NCBI GenBank assembly: GCA_951406725.2
Contig: OX597820.1
Span: forward strand, 33,294,001-33,358,000
From: Octopus vulgaris
Taxonomy: Eukaryota
DNA: 64,000 nucleotides
Direction of reading: 5' to 3'
The position numbers were made by a program, and so were the translations under genes. This document shows positions 38,440 to 53,380 of this stretch, piece after piece. Within the stretch, counting starts at the first letter, position 1. The number at the start of each line of letters is the position of its first letter. Under the pieces are notes generated by a model. That model worked only from the letters and a program-made list of their open reading frames with translations. It was not told the DNA's origin and made no database searches.

Positions 38440-40110
38440 AACTTATACTCTTCGCCAGAAATGGATGAGAAGAATCAGAGACATCGGGAAACAGAATGAA
38501 ATGTGTAAGATCTACATAAACGGAACCTGCTGGCACGGAGACACTAGGACAACCTGCTGATTTGCTCATCCCAAATCTCGTAAGACTGGAACCAGATTTT
38601 CTCATCCCAAATCCCGTGATACGTGAGGATTGTCCCCAACAGGATAAACGCTTCAATCGAGATACAGCAAACACACCGTCTCCACCATGGAGATGTATGG
38701 CGGTCGGATGTACTACTCCCCACCACCACAAGCATCACAAAAATATACAGTATGTAGATGCAGTACGGACAACAGTAGCCGAAAAATGGAATTGTAAGAG
38801 AGCCGACTTGGTTTCATCAAACAAGCTATCAAAGCTATTCGCACCAACACCGCAAACAGCAAAAAATCTAGGGTGACCTCCCTTGACACCGCCACAAACA
38901 TCACACCAATGGTCACTACTGATGTTTCATACATCACACCAGTGTTATTGCTGAATGCCAGAAGCCTTGTAAAGCATACCAACCAGTCTAAAGTCCCATG
39001 CCTAAGAGGCTTAGTCACATGTAATCAAGCATTATGCATAAAGGAGTAGGCAGAACAGACGCTAAAAATTATAGGCCTGTCTCTCTGACCTCACATGTCA
39101 GCAAAGGCATAGAGCGAATTGTTAGGAGGAAGTTCATCGTCTTCCTAGAAGATAATGACCTTCTTCCTGACCTTCTTCTAACATAGCTTCCGCTCAGGAA
39201 AAAGCTGCCTTACACAGTTTCTGCAGCATGATAACTATATGTTGAGACAACTTATGAATCGTTTAAGCGCGGATTTTGCAAAGGCTTATGATAAGGTTGA
39301 TCACGGGATGATGTGTCACAAATTACATGGACTCAGTATAGTTGGAAAACTGGAAGAGTGGTTACATGACTTCTTGAAAGACTAAAACCTGGCTTAGCGA
39401 TAAATGAATCCTTCTCAAAGGAGACATATTTAGTAAGTGAAGTGCTATTTGTGGTAGCTCTCTCAGACATACCATCGCTTATACAGGTAGCCACTCTCAC
39501 TAGCTATGCTGATGATACAAAAGTAGCATAAGCAGTCAAGAACCCTTTTTGATGCTAATCTTCTACAGAAAGATCTAGATGCCTTATAGATATGAGCTGA
39601 AGAAAACAACATGCAATTTAATACAAGGAAATTCCTCCGTTATCAGCCATCTTGTGTTAAAACATTACAACAAAGATATTTCGGATCAGAAGGAGCAACG
39701 ATATTAGAGTTAAACCAAGTGCATCATCTGAGGATTGATATGGTTCATGTAAATATCACCAAGATGGGAGCAATGTGCAAGCGAATGGCTGTATAGATTC
39801 TGAGAATTTTCAGAAGCTGATCCTTTGGAGGACATTTTCTCTCAGCCGTCTGGGCCGCTGCTCTCAGCTATGGACACTCTACAGTGTGAAATTAAAAGCT
39901 CGAAACAACTGGATGGTGCTACACCATGAAGATTGCTTCAGTAAGAGAGTTGGGATAGGCTAAAAGAATTACGACTGTACTCCATGGAGCAAAGACGTGT
40001 AAGGTATACAATAAGAAGTATGGAAGATCTTAGAGAAACTGGCACCAAACTTTGGCAACTAGAATTATACCAACTCCTGAACAGGAAGTCACTCTTCAGT
40101 GGCAACGGCC
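38440..40110 (+). mobile_element. Decayed CR1-type LINE (ORF1 CCCH finger, APE start, deleted RT)
   Basis: CKIYINGTCWHGDTRTTC*FAHPK, then LLNARSL, then NYRPVSLTSHVSK, SFRSGKSC, DFAKAYDKVDH and YADDTK, with many stops. Confidence 0.8.
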
Positions 40111-40185
40111 CCAACATTTCGAGGATTCAACGACAATATGAGTCTTTAAAGACAGTTGCCCCCATATTTGTCGTTGAATGCTCGT

Positions 40186-40345
40186 TGAAATGAGGAGTAG
40201 ATAAACAGCTGAACAACTGATGAAGGGTCTTTCTCTGTGTTTACTTGTCCTGTTTTCCTTTTTTTCTCTTGTTGTTTACGCATTTAACTCGTTTGATTAC
40301 ATATTTCATGTTGTTTATACAGTTGGTGATGTCCTGTACCCATAT
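40186..40345 (+). mobile_element. Penelope-like pLTR fragment
   Basis: Homologous to 30197-30352; ends in (TA)n. Confidence 0.55.
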
Positions 40346-40361
40346 ATGCACATATATGCAC

Positions 40362-40419
<58 letters not shown>

Positions 40420-40432
40420 GTATATATATATA

Positions 40433-40557
<125 letters not shown>

Positions 40558-40580
40558 CTGACATACATACACACACACTT

Positions 40581-40613
<33 letters not shown>

Positions 40614-41297
40614 ATGAACACGGCTACTCTCACGCATGTATCTACGTATGTCAACACAAGCAGGCGTGGACGATAACATGATGTGCTTATGTGTTAACTG
40701 CATCTAAGAGGTCGATATACGCAGCACGTAATCCGTTTCTAAATAGCGCTGTTTGTTAAACAGGACACTAAGAGAAAACCGCCAATGAGCTGGTCGGTAA
40801 ACGGTGGTAACTCTGGAAAGCTGGTGGAGCGGGGGCGGGTAGTGGGAGGCGGTCGGGTAATCTAAGAGGGGTTCGGTCATCTTGGTAAGATCGCTAGGTC
40901 AATAAAAAGGAACCTAGAACGTGTATCGCATACGCTGTATGGCACACCCTGCCTGTATTGCATACAATTAGTGTGTCAGCACACTTGTAATTAGAGATAC
41001 AGGCTCATAATTAAAAACCCACACGTATCTAGAAGTATCTATGTACATATATATATATATGTGTGTGTATACATGCATATATATGTACACACACACGCAC
41101 GCGCGTATATATATAGTAGCTGCTCAAATGATTTGAACTTAGACCCGACTCCGATGTCTCGAGGTCTTTACAAGGGACCAATTCTGCAGGTTAAAAAGTG
41201 GTTATAAGAGGAATCCAAAGAGCACATACTGAGGCAATTATATAGATAAACAAACTAAATATAAAGGCTTAAGTTTCATATACAATATTTGTACGTT

Positions 41298-41349
<52 letters not shown>

Positions 41350-41618
41350 TGTGCGTGTGTGTGTGTGTGTGAGTGTGTGTGTGCATGCAAACAGAAAGAC
41401 AGCAGAGATTTTCTGACGATGAATATTCAAGTATAAATATATTGAAATCAATAGACCAAACTTACAAAGTACAGACACAGACAAACTTAAAGGAGAGGAA
41501 GTAATATGTTATAAGTCTAACAGCTGTTTCTGGGAGATCTGTCATAATGTTGGTAGATGTAGTAACCAAAGTATACAGCCAGTAATTGAAGCAAATAAGC
41601 ATTGGATAATATACATGC

Positions 41619-41664
<46 letters not shown>

Positions 41665-41843
41665 TTTATATATATATATATTTATAAATGAGGGTGAAAA
41701 ATTTATATATATATATATATATATTTATTTTATATATATATATATTTATAAATGAGGGTGAAAAATTTGATATTAATTTAATAATACCATCAATTTAACA
41801 CCAAGTGGCTTAGCACATAAAACTAGGGAGATAATATAAATTT

Positions 41844-41890
<47 letters not shown>

Positions 41891-42384
41891 AATATTCTTT
41901 TCTACTCTAGGCACAAGGCCCGAAGTTTTGCGGGAGGGCGCCAGTCGATTACATCGACTCCAGTATGCAACTGAACAGCAGAAGTGAAACTTTTGATCCT
42001 TGACCATACGAAAGTAAGTACTTCCTTGATGGGGCCTGCATGCCCCATCGTGAATATAATCACCAGTCCTCCAGCTTCGGCTCTACCTCCATCCATCAAT
42101 ATCTGGGAATCCGGCAAAGAATTTGATCAAAATATAAACAAATGCACTCACAAACACACTCGTCCTAACATGGCAGACATCCCTGGAATAGACCATTTCT
42201 CTCCACCGACCCCAATATAATCCCCGACACATATTGTAACCCTACCCACACCGCATGCCTGCATCAATGCCCCAAGAATTTAACCAAAACACAAAAGAGA
42301 GAAAACACACTAACGAACACGGATGTGCAAGCTCCCTGCAAAGATATGCATGCCCTCCTGTTCTGTTTTCTGTTCTGTAAAAAC

Positions 42385-42580
42385 GAACTAAGCAGAAGAG
42401 GAGGATACACGTGGGATAGAAGTGTCGCTGAAAAGGTCACAAGTGTGTGACGAAAGATTTACAGACCATGGACATGAGAGGAAATAATGAACAGTAGTAA
42501 ACAAGTGAAGAACGAATATATAGTGCTTGTGTTTTATTTGGCAGGAAAAAAATGATCATCCCGAAATATAACAATGTTTC
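42385..42580 (+). mobile_element. 5' subterminal fragment of the DD37D element family
   Basis: Reverse complement of ~18360-18540. Confidence 0.6.
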
Positions 42581-42628
42581 AACACAGATTTCTCATCAGG
42601 ACCTTGCATAAAACACATTCATAAACAA

Positions 42629-42659
<31 letters not shown>

Positions 42660-42901
42660 GTGTTTATATGTATATGTATGTATATGCATATTTATACATA
42701 TATATCTGTGTGTGTGTGTGAGTGTGTGTATGTATGCGTGTGTGTGTGTGCGTGTGTGTTTATATGTATATGTATGTATATGCATATTTATACATATATA
42801 TCTGTGTGTGTGTGTGAGTGTGTGTATGTATGCGTGTGTGTGCGTGTATGTGTATATGTGTGTGAGTGCGTGTGCATGCGTATGTGTGTGTCTGTGTGTG
42901 T

Positions 42902-42998
<97 letters not shown>

Positions 42999-43451
42999 TT
43001 CACGCGTGTGTGCATGAAAGCGAGAGAAAGCTGAGTGAAAAAAATTACCCAACACATTTTCAGAACGCATTCATTATTTGCAGCTGAGTTTTCTTTCTGT
43101 AGCTACTCTGAGTTTTTTTTTTTTTTTAATCTCCTGTTTTTCCGGCTACAATAAACGGAAGTTAAAGCTTCATGGATAGCTTTATATATTGTTATGAACA
43201 TTTCCTAAACGGATTTAAACGTTACACTTTAAACATAAAGACATTTAGAATTCATAAAAAAAAAGAACCAGCTGTGAATTCCAATACAAAATACTATTTG
43301 AGCGCTCGAATATGAACATACACCCACACACTCATACACATAAATACACAAACATATATATGCAGACAAAATGGTAGAAGATTATATTATATTATATATA
43401 TATTATATATATATATATTCCTAAACTAGCAACATGACTATCCCCAAATAC

Positions 43452-43512
<61 letters not shown>

Positions 43513-43672
43513 CATACATACATACATATATATGTAAATATATATGTATGTATGTATGTATGTATATGGCGACACTAGTACTCTACATTTGTGGATAAAA
43601 CGAATAAGATATACGAGTTATATATATATATACGTACACACGCACGCACGCACACACACACACACACACATG

Positions 43673-43768
<96 letters not shown>

Positions 43769-44295
43769 ATTACGTATATATATAAGTGCATATTAACTTC
43801 ACTACGCGACAATATAACAAAAGCCCATAAAAATGATCACGCAATGACATTTACAACGACAGTAGTACTCAAGCTAAACAAATAGCAACCGGGCTTAGCA
43901 TAGGTAACGAAGCCCACGGCTTAGCCAAGAAAAAACGTAAATGTTTGACTCAAAGACTTCAATAAGACGCCGACAGCTAGCTTAATTATCCCTGCAAAAC
44001 CAAGCAAAACCAGAAAAAAATATCTCGAAAAGTAGTCTTTCATAAGATTTATTTATGAGGTAAAACCCATCGATATCATAAAGAGCAAATACAGATATAG
44101 ATTTATTTAATTGAGCATTGTATATTTATACCCAACTATTACTACAGTCATGGAGGTAGTGACGAAAATTAACGACGCGGGACTCTGTCGAGGCTCCGCG
44201 ACCGGAATGAGTACAATTATACCCTTAGATGAGCTAGAACAACAGAACGTTGTAAAATTTCACTCTTGTTTAACAACAGCAAACACTATGTAGAA

Positions 44296-44496
44296 CAGTG
44301 CTTTTCAAACTTTTTGCTGAAGCAGAACCCTAAGCAAACGTTCCACTGGCTCGAGGAACCCCTGTGCAATAATTTAATTGTCTTATGCACACATATCTGC
44401 ACAGGAGAATTAAAAATTACTGTCGATTTTAGCCTTTTTGTAACTTCTTGCGGAACCCCTGGACTGTACTGTCGGAACCCTGGTTGAAAACCACTG
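44296..44496. mobile_element. hAT-superfamily MITE with 8-bp TSD
   Basis: TIRs CAGTGCTTTTCAA / TTGAAAACCACTG. Perfect TSD ATGTAGAA at 44288-44295 and 44497-44504. Repeated GAACCC subterminal motifs. Confidence 0.92.
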
Positions 44497-44879
44497 ATGT
44501 AGAATATAAGAAAGTATGGAAAAGTATACGACGTTTCTATAAGTAATGATGCCGGTGCTGAACTGTGTGAACACACTAACCTATTTCTCCAGAATGAAGT
44601 GATGCAGATAGTCAACGAAACTGTTCTGTGGTTGTATAAGAACGCTAGCATAATGGTTTCAATGAAGCGATGAGGGATCACAACCATCATAGCCACCAAC
44701 CTCGTATCTACCAAATTCGTAAATAACTTTTATATAACCAATCTCTATATTAATGAATTCATAGTTAACTACACAACGTTTTCGGATATTTTGAAATGTA
44801 TAGTGTAATTTTTAATGCGCATACAATTTTGGTCTTATTATGAAATGCAAACACATGTCTACCCCACAAATTTTTTATT

Positions 44880-45898
44880 TTCCAGTTGATAGATGAAATA
44901 AGGTGGATGAAGAATTTTTTCCCAACCAAGTTCTTCGATCTTCTGTGATGTGATCTTTGCAGTGTGGCGTCGCGCATTGTCCTGATGAAACATCACTCCT
45001 TTTCGATTCACTAAAGCGGTTTTTTCTTTCCTTCAAAGATTGCTTCAAACGCTCTAATTGCTGACAATAGATTTGAGCATTGATTGTTGCATTAGGTGGT
45101 AACAATTCAAAGTGAATTACTCCTTTGCAATCCCGCCTGATAGAGAGAAGAACCTTTTTCCCATGAAGTTCCCTTCTCGGTTATGGTTAAGCCTTTTCCC
45201 TTTTACCAAGCCAGTGTTTACGACGTTTAACATTTCGATAGAAGATCCATTTTTCGTCACCAGTTACAAATCAATCTAAAAAGGGTGAAATGAGTTCGCG
45301 AGAATGGAGAGAAAAGCAGATGTCAACTCGGGATTTGCAGTTGCTTTTGGACAATTCATGAGGCACCCATTTTCCAAGTTTAGGAACCTTTCCAAGTTGT
45401 TGAAGATGACTATGAACAGTTGTGTGGTTTGACCTAAGCTTTATTGCCAATTTTTCAACTGATAATGCAGGATTTTCTTCAAGTAATGCCTCAAGGAGCT
45501 TATCATCAAACTCAACTGGATGTCCTGTTCGATCTTCCTCTTCACGGCTGAAATCTCCACTTCTGAATTTTGCAAACCATCTTCAGCAAGTTCTTTCATT
45601 CAAGCATTCTTTCCCATAAACTGAGTGTATGTTCAGAGTCGCTTCGGCTACAGAGCTTCCTTTTTTGTACTCATAAAGCATTATGCGCCTTAAATGCTCT
45701 TTGGATACTTCCATGATAGAAAGGGTTTTAATCAAAGAAATTTTAATTCTATTATTCTGTAAAATAATATTTAATTAGTTTAAATATACACATATGCATA
45801 AAAATAATTTTCATTTCCATTAGACATTCTAAAATACTATTAAATTTCATTCAATTGTAAAAAAGGTAAAATCGAACTAAACTTATGGAATAACCTGA
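44880..45898 (-). mobile_element. Decayed mariner (DD34D-type) transposon
   Basis: MLYEYKKG, RWFAKFRSGD, GKWVPHEL, VTGDEKW, HQDNAR and HPPY. One TIR TCAGGTTATTCCATAAGT at the right end. Confidence 0.9.
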
Positions 45899-45965
45899 TA
45901 CATGCACATTTACATATTTATATGCATGTATACACACACACACGCACATATATATATACACACAC

Positions 45966-46065
<100 letters not shown>

Positions 46066-46218
46066 ATATGTATGTAGGTATATTTGCATGTATGTATGTA
46101 TGTATATATGTATGTATATAAAAGTACATATATCTAGTAATGCTTCGATATACGTGTTAATTCGTTCTGCATGCATGCATACATACATCCATGCACACAT
46201 ACATACATACATGCATAC

Positions 46219-46261
<43 letters not shown>

Positions 46262-46432
46262 TGTATACATACATTCATTCATACATACATACATATATAA
46301 ATATACATGAATACTTACATAGATATACATACACATACATGCATACATATATAGACATACATGCAAACATACTATACATACATATACATACATACATACA
46401 TACATACATACATACATACATACATACATACA

Positions 46433-46464
<32 letters not shown>

Positions 46465-47016
46465 CATAATGCGCTCCACAATGAATTTGCGCGTTCTTGC
46501 GTTTTAGATTTAAGAAGTAGTTCCTAACCGCGCTCTTTACAAACGTGCACACCACTTACACAGGTGCGCATGCGCATTCACATTTATAGAAATGTAAATA
46601 TGTGTCTGTTGTGTGTGTGTACGTGTGTGAGAGAGAGAGAGAGGAGGGAGAGAGAGACACACACACAGACAGTACACAATTGCATACATTCAATCAGGTG
46701 CATATCATTAATAGTTTTCTACATAGAAACACTTATGCACTTATACACAAATAAATACACACATACATACATACATACATACATACATACATACATACAT
46801 ACATACATACATACATACATACACACGCACACACACTCACACAAACAAACACGTACATAATTTCTCTTGACCTCCATGTTTCCACATACACACACATGGA
46901 CATATATACACACACATACATAACTACATATTAGTGTACATTTATAACTGCACACTTACTGATATTCACATCCACTTCTGCATATCCTTAACTATACACT
47001 TATACAATACCGGATT

Positions 47017-47119
<103 letters not shown>

Positions 47120-47252
47120 ATTCATCCTGAAGTATATGCATATGTGATTAATAACTCAAGAGCTAAGAGCGGGCGTGTATGTGTATATGTGCGTATATGT
47201 ATGAATTTTAAACAAATTTATATGCATATTTTCAATAAAATATACCTAAAGA

Positions 47253-47543
47253 TAATGAGAAAATGTCTAAAATACATGGAGTTTTACCAGGGAATGAAAC
47301 TTCGAAGATATACAGTCAAATTTATTAGTACTATTTAGTAGACAATCTTTTAATGTGAAGTATGTTTGTCTGTGTTTTGTTTAACCCAGGGTAGCCTCTG
47401 ATGTAGCAGACCCATTGCATAGCGTTTTCTTCTTCTTTCTGAAATGCTATAAATCCGTTTTTCTTTTGATGAAAGTGTGTGTTTTAAGAGTGATTTGGCT
47501 GTTATTTCTAGTAACTCATGTTACTACAGAGACACCTCTCTCT

Positions 47544-47618
<75 letters not shown>

Positions 47619-48305
47619 GTTGTGGTGAAAAAGTACTTTTTCCCAAAATATTTGGCACAATAATTTTCGTAAGAAATCTGGACATCTTTCTTACAGCTAA
47701 CCATTCGACTTCGAATTACAATTGTTAATTGTTGGAAGTCAATTAGACTGAGATGTACATATGGTGTTATCGTATACAGTGAATGCTCAATACGAAATTT
47801 TGAACTCATTATCTTGTGGTTAGTAATCCATTACCTTAAATTTGAAGCTATTAAGTCTTTAAACATTTTAATGGGTTTAGTCTTTCGACTGTCGCCATGA
47901 TGAGCATCACCTTCAAAAATTTAATTGATCATACGGACCGCAGTACGTATTTCAATCTGGCATTTATTTTATAAAACTCTGCTTGGTGAATTGCTGAGAC
48001 ATAGTGGGACACAATACTCGATTTAACAACAAATGTAAACACACACACACACACACACATACACGTATTAGGTGCAAGAATGACCGTGTGGTTGAGAAGT
48101 TTGCTTCCCAATCACATGGTTCCACGTTCAGTCCCTCTGCATGGTACCTTGGGCAAGTGTTTTCTACTATAGCCCTAAGCCAACCACAGACTTGCGACTG
48201 AATTTGGTAAACGGAAACAGCAGCGTTGTTCATCAGACAATGACCGAAAAACATGTTTATAAAGAAGAGTTGTTTGCTTTTGCTCCATGCTCTTCGTGTG
48301 CCGAT
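47253..48305 (-). repeat. Inverted paralog of 28396-29399
   Basis: See 28396-29399. Confidence 0.9.
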
Positions 48306-48627
48306 AGAATAAGTACTAGGCTTGCAAAGAATAAAAGCGGTACTCCAGCATGGCCGCAGTCAAATAACTAAAACGAGTAAAAGAATAGAAGAATATATAT
48401 ATATATATATATATATGTACGTTCACACAAAACCTAAAAGCGTTATGAAACACACAAACATACACACACAGACACACGCGCGCGCGCACACACACACACA
48501 CACACACATACACACAGACATGACAGAAGCAAATAGACACCCCATAAAACATTGTTCTATACTTATTTTAACTTGGAAAGGTTTATGTTTTTTATTGATT
48601 GACATTTTTTATGTTTCAGGTTTTAAT

Positions 48628-49570
48628 CATGCCATGTACAAAAGAAACCTTAGAGCTGTCCGAATTTCACAGAGGCCGTATTGTAGGTCAATCTGAAGGT
48701 GGGCTTAGTCAGTGTAAAACTGCAGTAATAAACCTTGGGATCCTGCTTTCTACAGTTAATATACTGATTGTGTAATTCACCAGAGAGGGGAAGGAGTCCA
48801 CATCACCTCACCCATGTTGAGCAGGGCCCTCTGACAGGACCCTTCGCTTTGTTAAGGGAAGTATGGATGGAAGATAATCCTGACAGCAGTTGTTGTCAGT
48901 CCCAGAACAGTTGTCAGGTATCTCCACAAACTTGGCTCCAATGGTTGAGCGGCAATAAGTAAGCCACTTCTTCAACAAGCCAATATGAAGTGGTAAAAAG
49001 ATTGGGCCAGTTATATGGTGGAGAAGTCACTATCATTTTGAGACACTGTCCTATTCGCTGATGAGTCTAGATTTGCTGTATTTTCTGACAAAGATCCAGC
49101 GTGGGTCTGAAGACTCTGTGATCAAAAATTTGATGTGAAAAGATTGCAGCCAACAATGAAACACGACAGCTATTCTGTGATAATCTGGGGAGCAATTTGG
49201 AACAATGGTCGATCAGAACTGGTGGAATGTGAGAGAAACATAAACTCAAATAAATATGTGTCCATATTGCAGAAAGGACTACTTTCAAGCTTCTTCAGTG
49301 GTGAAATGATTAAGAAGGACTCTTTATTTATGAAAGACGGGATCTTTGTCACACAGCTAAAAAGACCCACGACTGATTGGAAGACAATGGCATTATAAAG
49401 CTTTCATGGCCAAGCCAGTTACCAGATATGAATCCTATTGAACAACTCTGGGACATAATGGATAGGATATTTCATAAAAGAGAAAAGCCAGATCTTTTGA
49501 GATTACTGCATGAAACTTGGCAAGAAATTCCTGAAGAGAAAATTCATCATCTGATCAGTAGCCTGCCTAA
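48628..49570 (+). mobile_element. Decayed Tc1 (DD34E-type) transposase
   Basis: [26 protein letters not shown] and WPSQLPDMNPIEQLW, with frameshifts. Confidence 0.85.
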
Positions 49571-49593
49571 TATGTGTGTATGCATATATTATT

Positions 49594-49690
<97 letters not shown>

Positions 49691-49875
49691 GTGTGTGTGT
49701 GTTCACACAAAACTTAAGAGCGTTATCAAAACCAGGAATATAATGATGGAAAATATTAAAATATAACCGCTAATTTTCTGTTTTAGAGTGTACTCTCTTT
49801 TTCTGGTTTATAGACATCTAGATGATCATATGTGTGTAGGGGGGGGTGTATGTATGCATGTATGTATGTATAAAT

Positions 49876-49956
<81 letters not shown>

Positions 49957-50297
49957 CAGACAGTCAGAGTTAAACAGATAGACAGAAAGAGAGATAGATT
50001 CGTATGATATGCACAAAACAAATACAAAATGCACTAAAAAATACTAAATAAACAAACAAAAACGGTTAATTTACTGTACATATTTACACATTGCATAATG
50101 GTGCTGTGTTGCAAATGTGCAAATGTAGCTGTACCTTAGACAAACACCAAACACCATCTGATTAGTCGAGAAGAAGATAAAAACAATTAAGACTATTAGA
50201 CAAACATTTACGAAATAAAGTAGGGCAGATGAATGTTTGCTACAACTATTGACATCAATGGTCTCCCTGTGACGTTTGGGGCTTTTAGGTCAACGTA

Positions 50298-51169
50298 CGA
50301 AGTGGTATGACAAAGTTTCCGGACTAGTTGTGTAGCGCGCCAAGAGATGCCAGCACACGGTTGTATGCGCAGCGAGAGCTAGCAGTGACCTTTATGAAGC
50401 AGTGTGCCGGGTGACATCGCTGTGTTTATTTCGCAAGTTGTGAAATTTGTGTTTTTTTGTGATCACGTGTATGCTGTAGTCTGTGATTTTTGTCATGGAC
50501 AGGAAGTTGGAGAAAAGAACCAATGTGAAATGAAAAAGATCCGACGAAGTAATGGGTCATACGCACTGTTGCGAGAGGCACGGGCGCTTCGAAAGCGGAA
50601 GAACGTCTCTGGAAAACGATGAGCGATCTGGAAGACCTGCCACGGGGTTCATCCCCACCTCCGCTGAAATGTGGAGAAAATTCAATGGCTTGTGCATGAG
50701 AATCGGCGGAGGACAACCAACGACGTTTTGAAGCGTTTGAGGTGGTGGGGACATTTGGTGAGAGCGACCGGATCTGTGGAGAGTGAAGAATTAGATTCTT
50801 CCCGACAATGCACTCTGTCACCAAGTTCTCCTCGCTCGTGAGTTTCTCGCCAGAAACAACATGGTATCGCTTCCGCACCCGTCCTCTTCGCCACATTTTG
50901 CACCTGCTGAATTCCATCTTTACCCCAAGATGTAAACGCAGTCCCAAAGGTCGCTATTTTAACACTGTTGTCGAAATCCAGAGCGGATCGCATAGAAAGC
51001 CCTTGACTCGCTTAAGAAAAATGACTTCCATGCTGCTGGGATGCTGGAACAGGCGTATTGCTCCACGAGGTGACTATTTTGAAGGAGATGATGTTAAAAC
51101 TTAGGTAAATAAGTTATTTTTTAAAATTATTAAACATTACTAATCCGGGAACTTTTTAATACCACCTCG
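50298..51169 (+). mobile_element. Internally deleted mariner with TIRs and TA TSD
   Basis: TA|CGAAGTGGTATGACAAAGTTTCCGGA ... TCCGGGAACTTTTTAATACCACCTCG|TA. Relics ENDERSGRP and GDYFEGD. Confidence 0.85.
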
Positions 51170-51286
51170 TAATTCCATAGGCTAATCACATATATATATA
51201 TATGACCTTCCCGAGTGTCAAACTAATACACCTGCTTGTTGTTTATACACCTGTCTTCGTCTTTTGTTCTTCTGTAAATTTCAACA

Positions 51287-51344
<58 letters not shown>

Positions 51345-51372
51345 TGAATTGAACTAGTTTCAGCTCACCATT

Positions 51373-51439
<67 letters not shown>

Positions 51440-51832
51440 GTATATATATATATATATGCATGTGTGCGTGTGTTTGTTTATAAATGTAGGTATATATGTA
51501 TATGCGTCATGTGTATATATGTATGTATGCATGAAGATATATATATGGTAGACTCTCCCATCGAAGACGACATATGAGCGTTCAGCTTACCCGAGTGACC
51601 TGCACAAATGATTTGTTTACAGTGATCAAATGTTCGTGCCGCACATTAGTTTACTTTCTCTATCAAATGGACGTTGTCTGAACAGATTATCGGTGTACCA
51701 TATGTCAGGTAACGAAGTGATCACAGAACAACGTGACGTTGAGTGTTTTGAACAAGAACACAACGTACCACCAGATCCACGAGCTGAAATCATGATCTGG
51801 CTATCGCACTGACTTCAGTGTTCAACTGATAC

Positions 51833-52305
51833 TTATCGGGGTGAAAGGCAAAGTTGAGCTCGGCAAAGTTGAGCGCGGCAAAATTTGAACTCAGAACGTA
51901 AAGACAGATGAAACGCAGCTAAGCATTTTGGTCAGTGCGCTAAAGTTTCTGCCAGCTCGCCGCTTATTTACGTATATATATTTTTTTATTATTTTTTTTT
52001 TTATGCGCCCTTTTCAAGCCTAGCCAGGCTCTTGGACCCGGTTTCCCGGTTTCTATGGCGTATGTGTTCCCCCCACCTGGACGGGACGCCAGTCCATCGC
52101 AGCGTTATTCAAGAAACAGGAAGAAAGAGTGAGAGAAAGTTGGGACGAAAGAGTACAACAGGGGTCGCCACCACCCGCTGCCGGTGCCTCGTGGAGCTTT
52201 TAGGTGCTTTCGCTCAATAAACACACATAACGCCCGGTCTGGGAATCGAAACCGCGATCCTCCGACCTCGAGTCCGCTGCCCTAACCACTGGGTCATTGC
52301 GCCTC
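51833..52305 (-). mobile_element. Adjacent SINE A fragment (51833-51965) and SINE B (52003-52305)
   Basis: Homology to the other copies in the window. Confidence 0.8.
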
Positions 52306-52716
52306 CTACGTATATGTATTAATGATAGTAAATTGACAATGACGTTAGTTCTTTAATGTAAACTTCTATTAACCTAAATTATGTGTATGTGCCTGTGTGT
52401 GCGCATGTGTACGTATGTATATGCATGTATATGTATGTCCTGTATAAATGTGTCTGCATGTGAATGTGTGTGTGTATGTTTGTGTGAGGTTATGTGTGTG
52501 TGAGTGCGTGTGTGTGAGTGTATGTGTGCATGTATGTGTGTACGTAAGACCCATAATTTTGTATTCACCGCCCATCTTTTACCATGGATGTTTCAAGTGA
52601 GGTCTACGTGGCTTAGGGGTTCATCTGACTCCTATTTCAAGCGAAGCTGGTACCTTGCAGTACCATGATTACATTATATATATATATTCATAAACTTTTC
52701 AGCACGGTTCATACTT

Positions 52717-52831
<115 letters not shown>

Positions 52832-53171
52832 TTATATGTATATATATATATACGTATGTATGTATGTGTGTGTGTGTTTGTCCCCCAACCCTCGCTGGAC
52901 AAGGAATGCTGGTGTGTTTATGTCCTCGTAACATAACGGTTCGGCAAGAGGGACCGATACTAGGCTTAGAAAGAATAAGTCCGGCGGTCGATTTCTCCGA
53001 CTAAAAGCCCTTCAAGGTGGTGCTCCAGCGTGGCCATAGTGAAATGATTGAAGGAAGTAAAAGAATATATATATATATATATATATACTGCAATCAACAA
53101 TGAAAAATAACACAGAGAGGACAAGGTCTAAAAAATAGATTATTAAGTTGAAGCTTTAATGGAAAGAGAAA

Positions 53172-53210
53172 GATCTTATACGTTTCAGACGTTAGTCCTT
53201 CATCAGAGAA
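53172..53210 (-). ncRNA. Minimal hammerhead ribozyme motif in a Penelope-like pLTR fragment
   Basis: Minus strand TTCT-CTGATGA-A-GGAC-taac-GTCT-GAAA-CGTA-TAAGA; helix I is weak. Confidence 0.6.
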
Positions 53211-53380
53211 AACAGAAAGGGTGGTGGTGAGAAAGATAAATAGTAAGTGAGAGTGTGGAATGTAACACACGTACATACAATACCTACATTCGCAATAGTT
53301 GTGTATGTAGGTACACTATAGTATTGCATGTGACAACTTTTTTTTCACGTAGGTCGTTTAAATTTCATATATAGGTGGAT

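Noticed and set aside
46565-46576. Perfect NRF1-like palindrome TGCGCATGCGCA
   Set aside because: A single 12-mer in purine-pyrimidine alternating sequence, easily produced by chance here.
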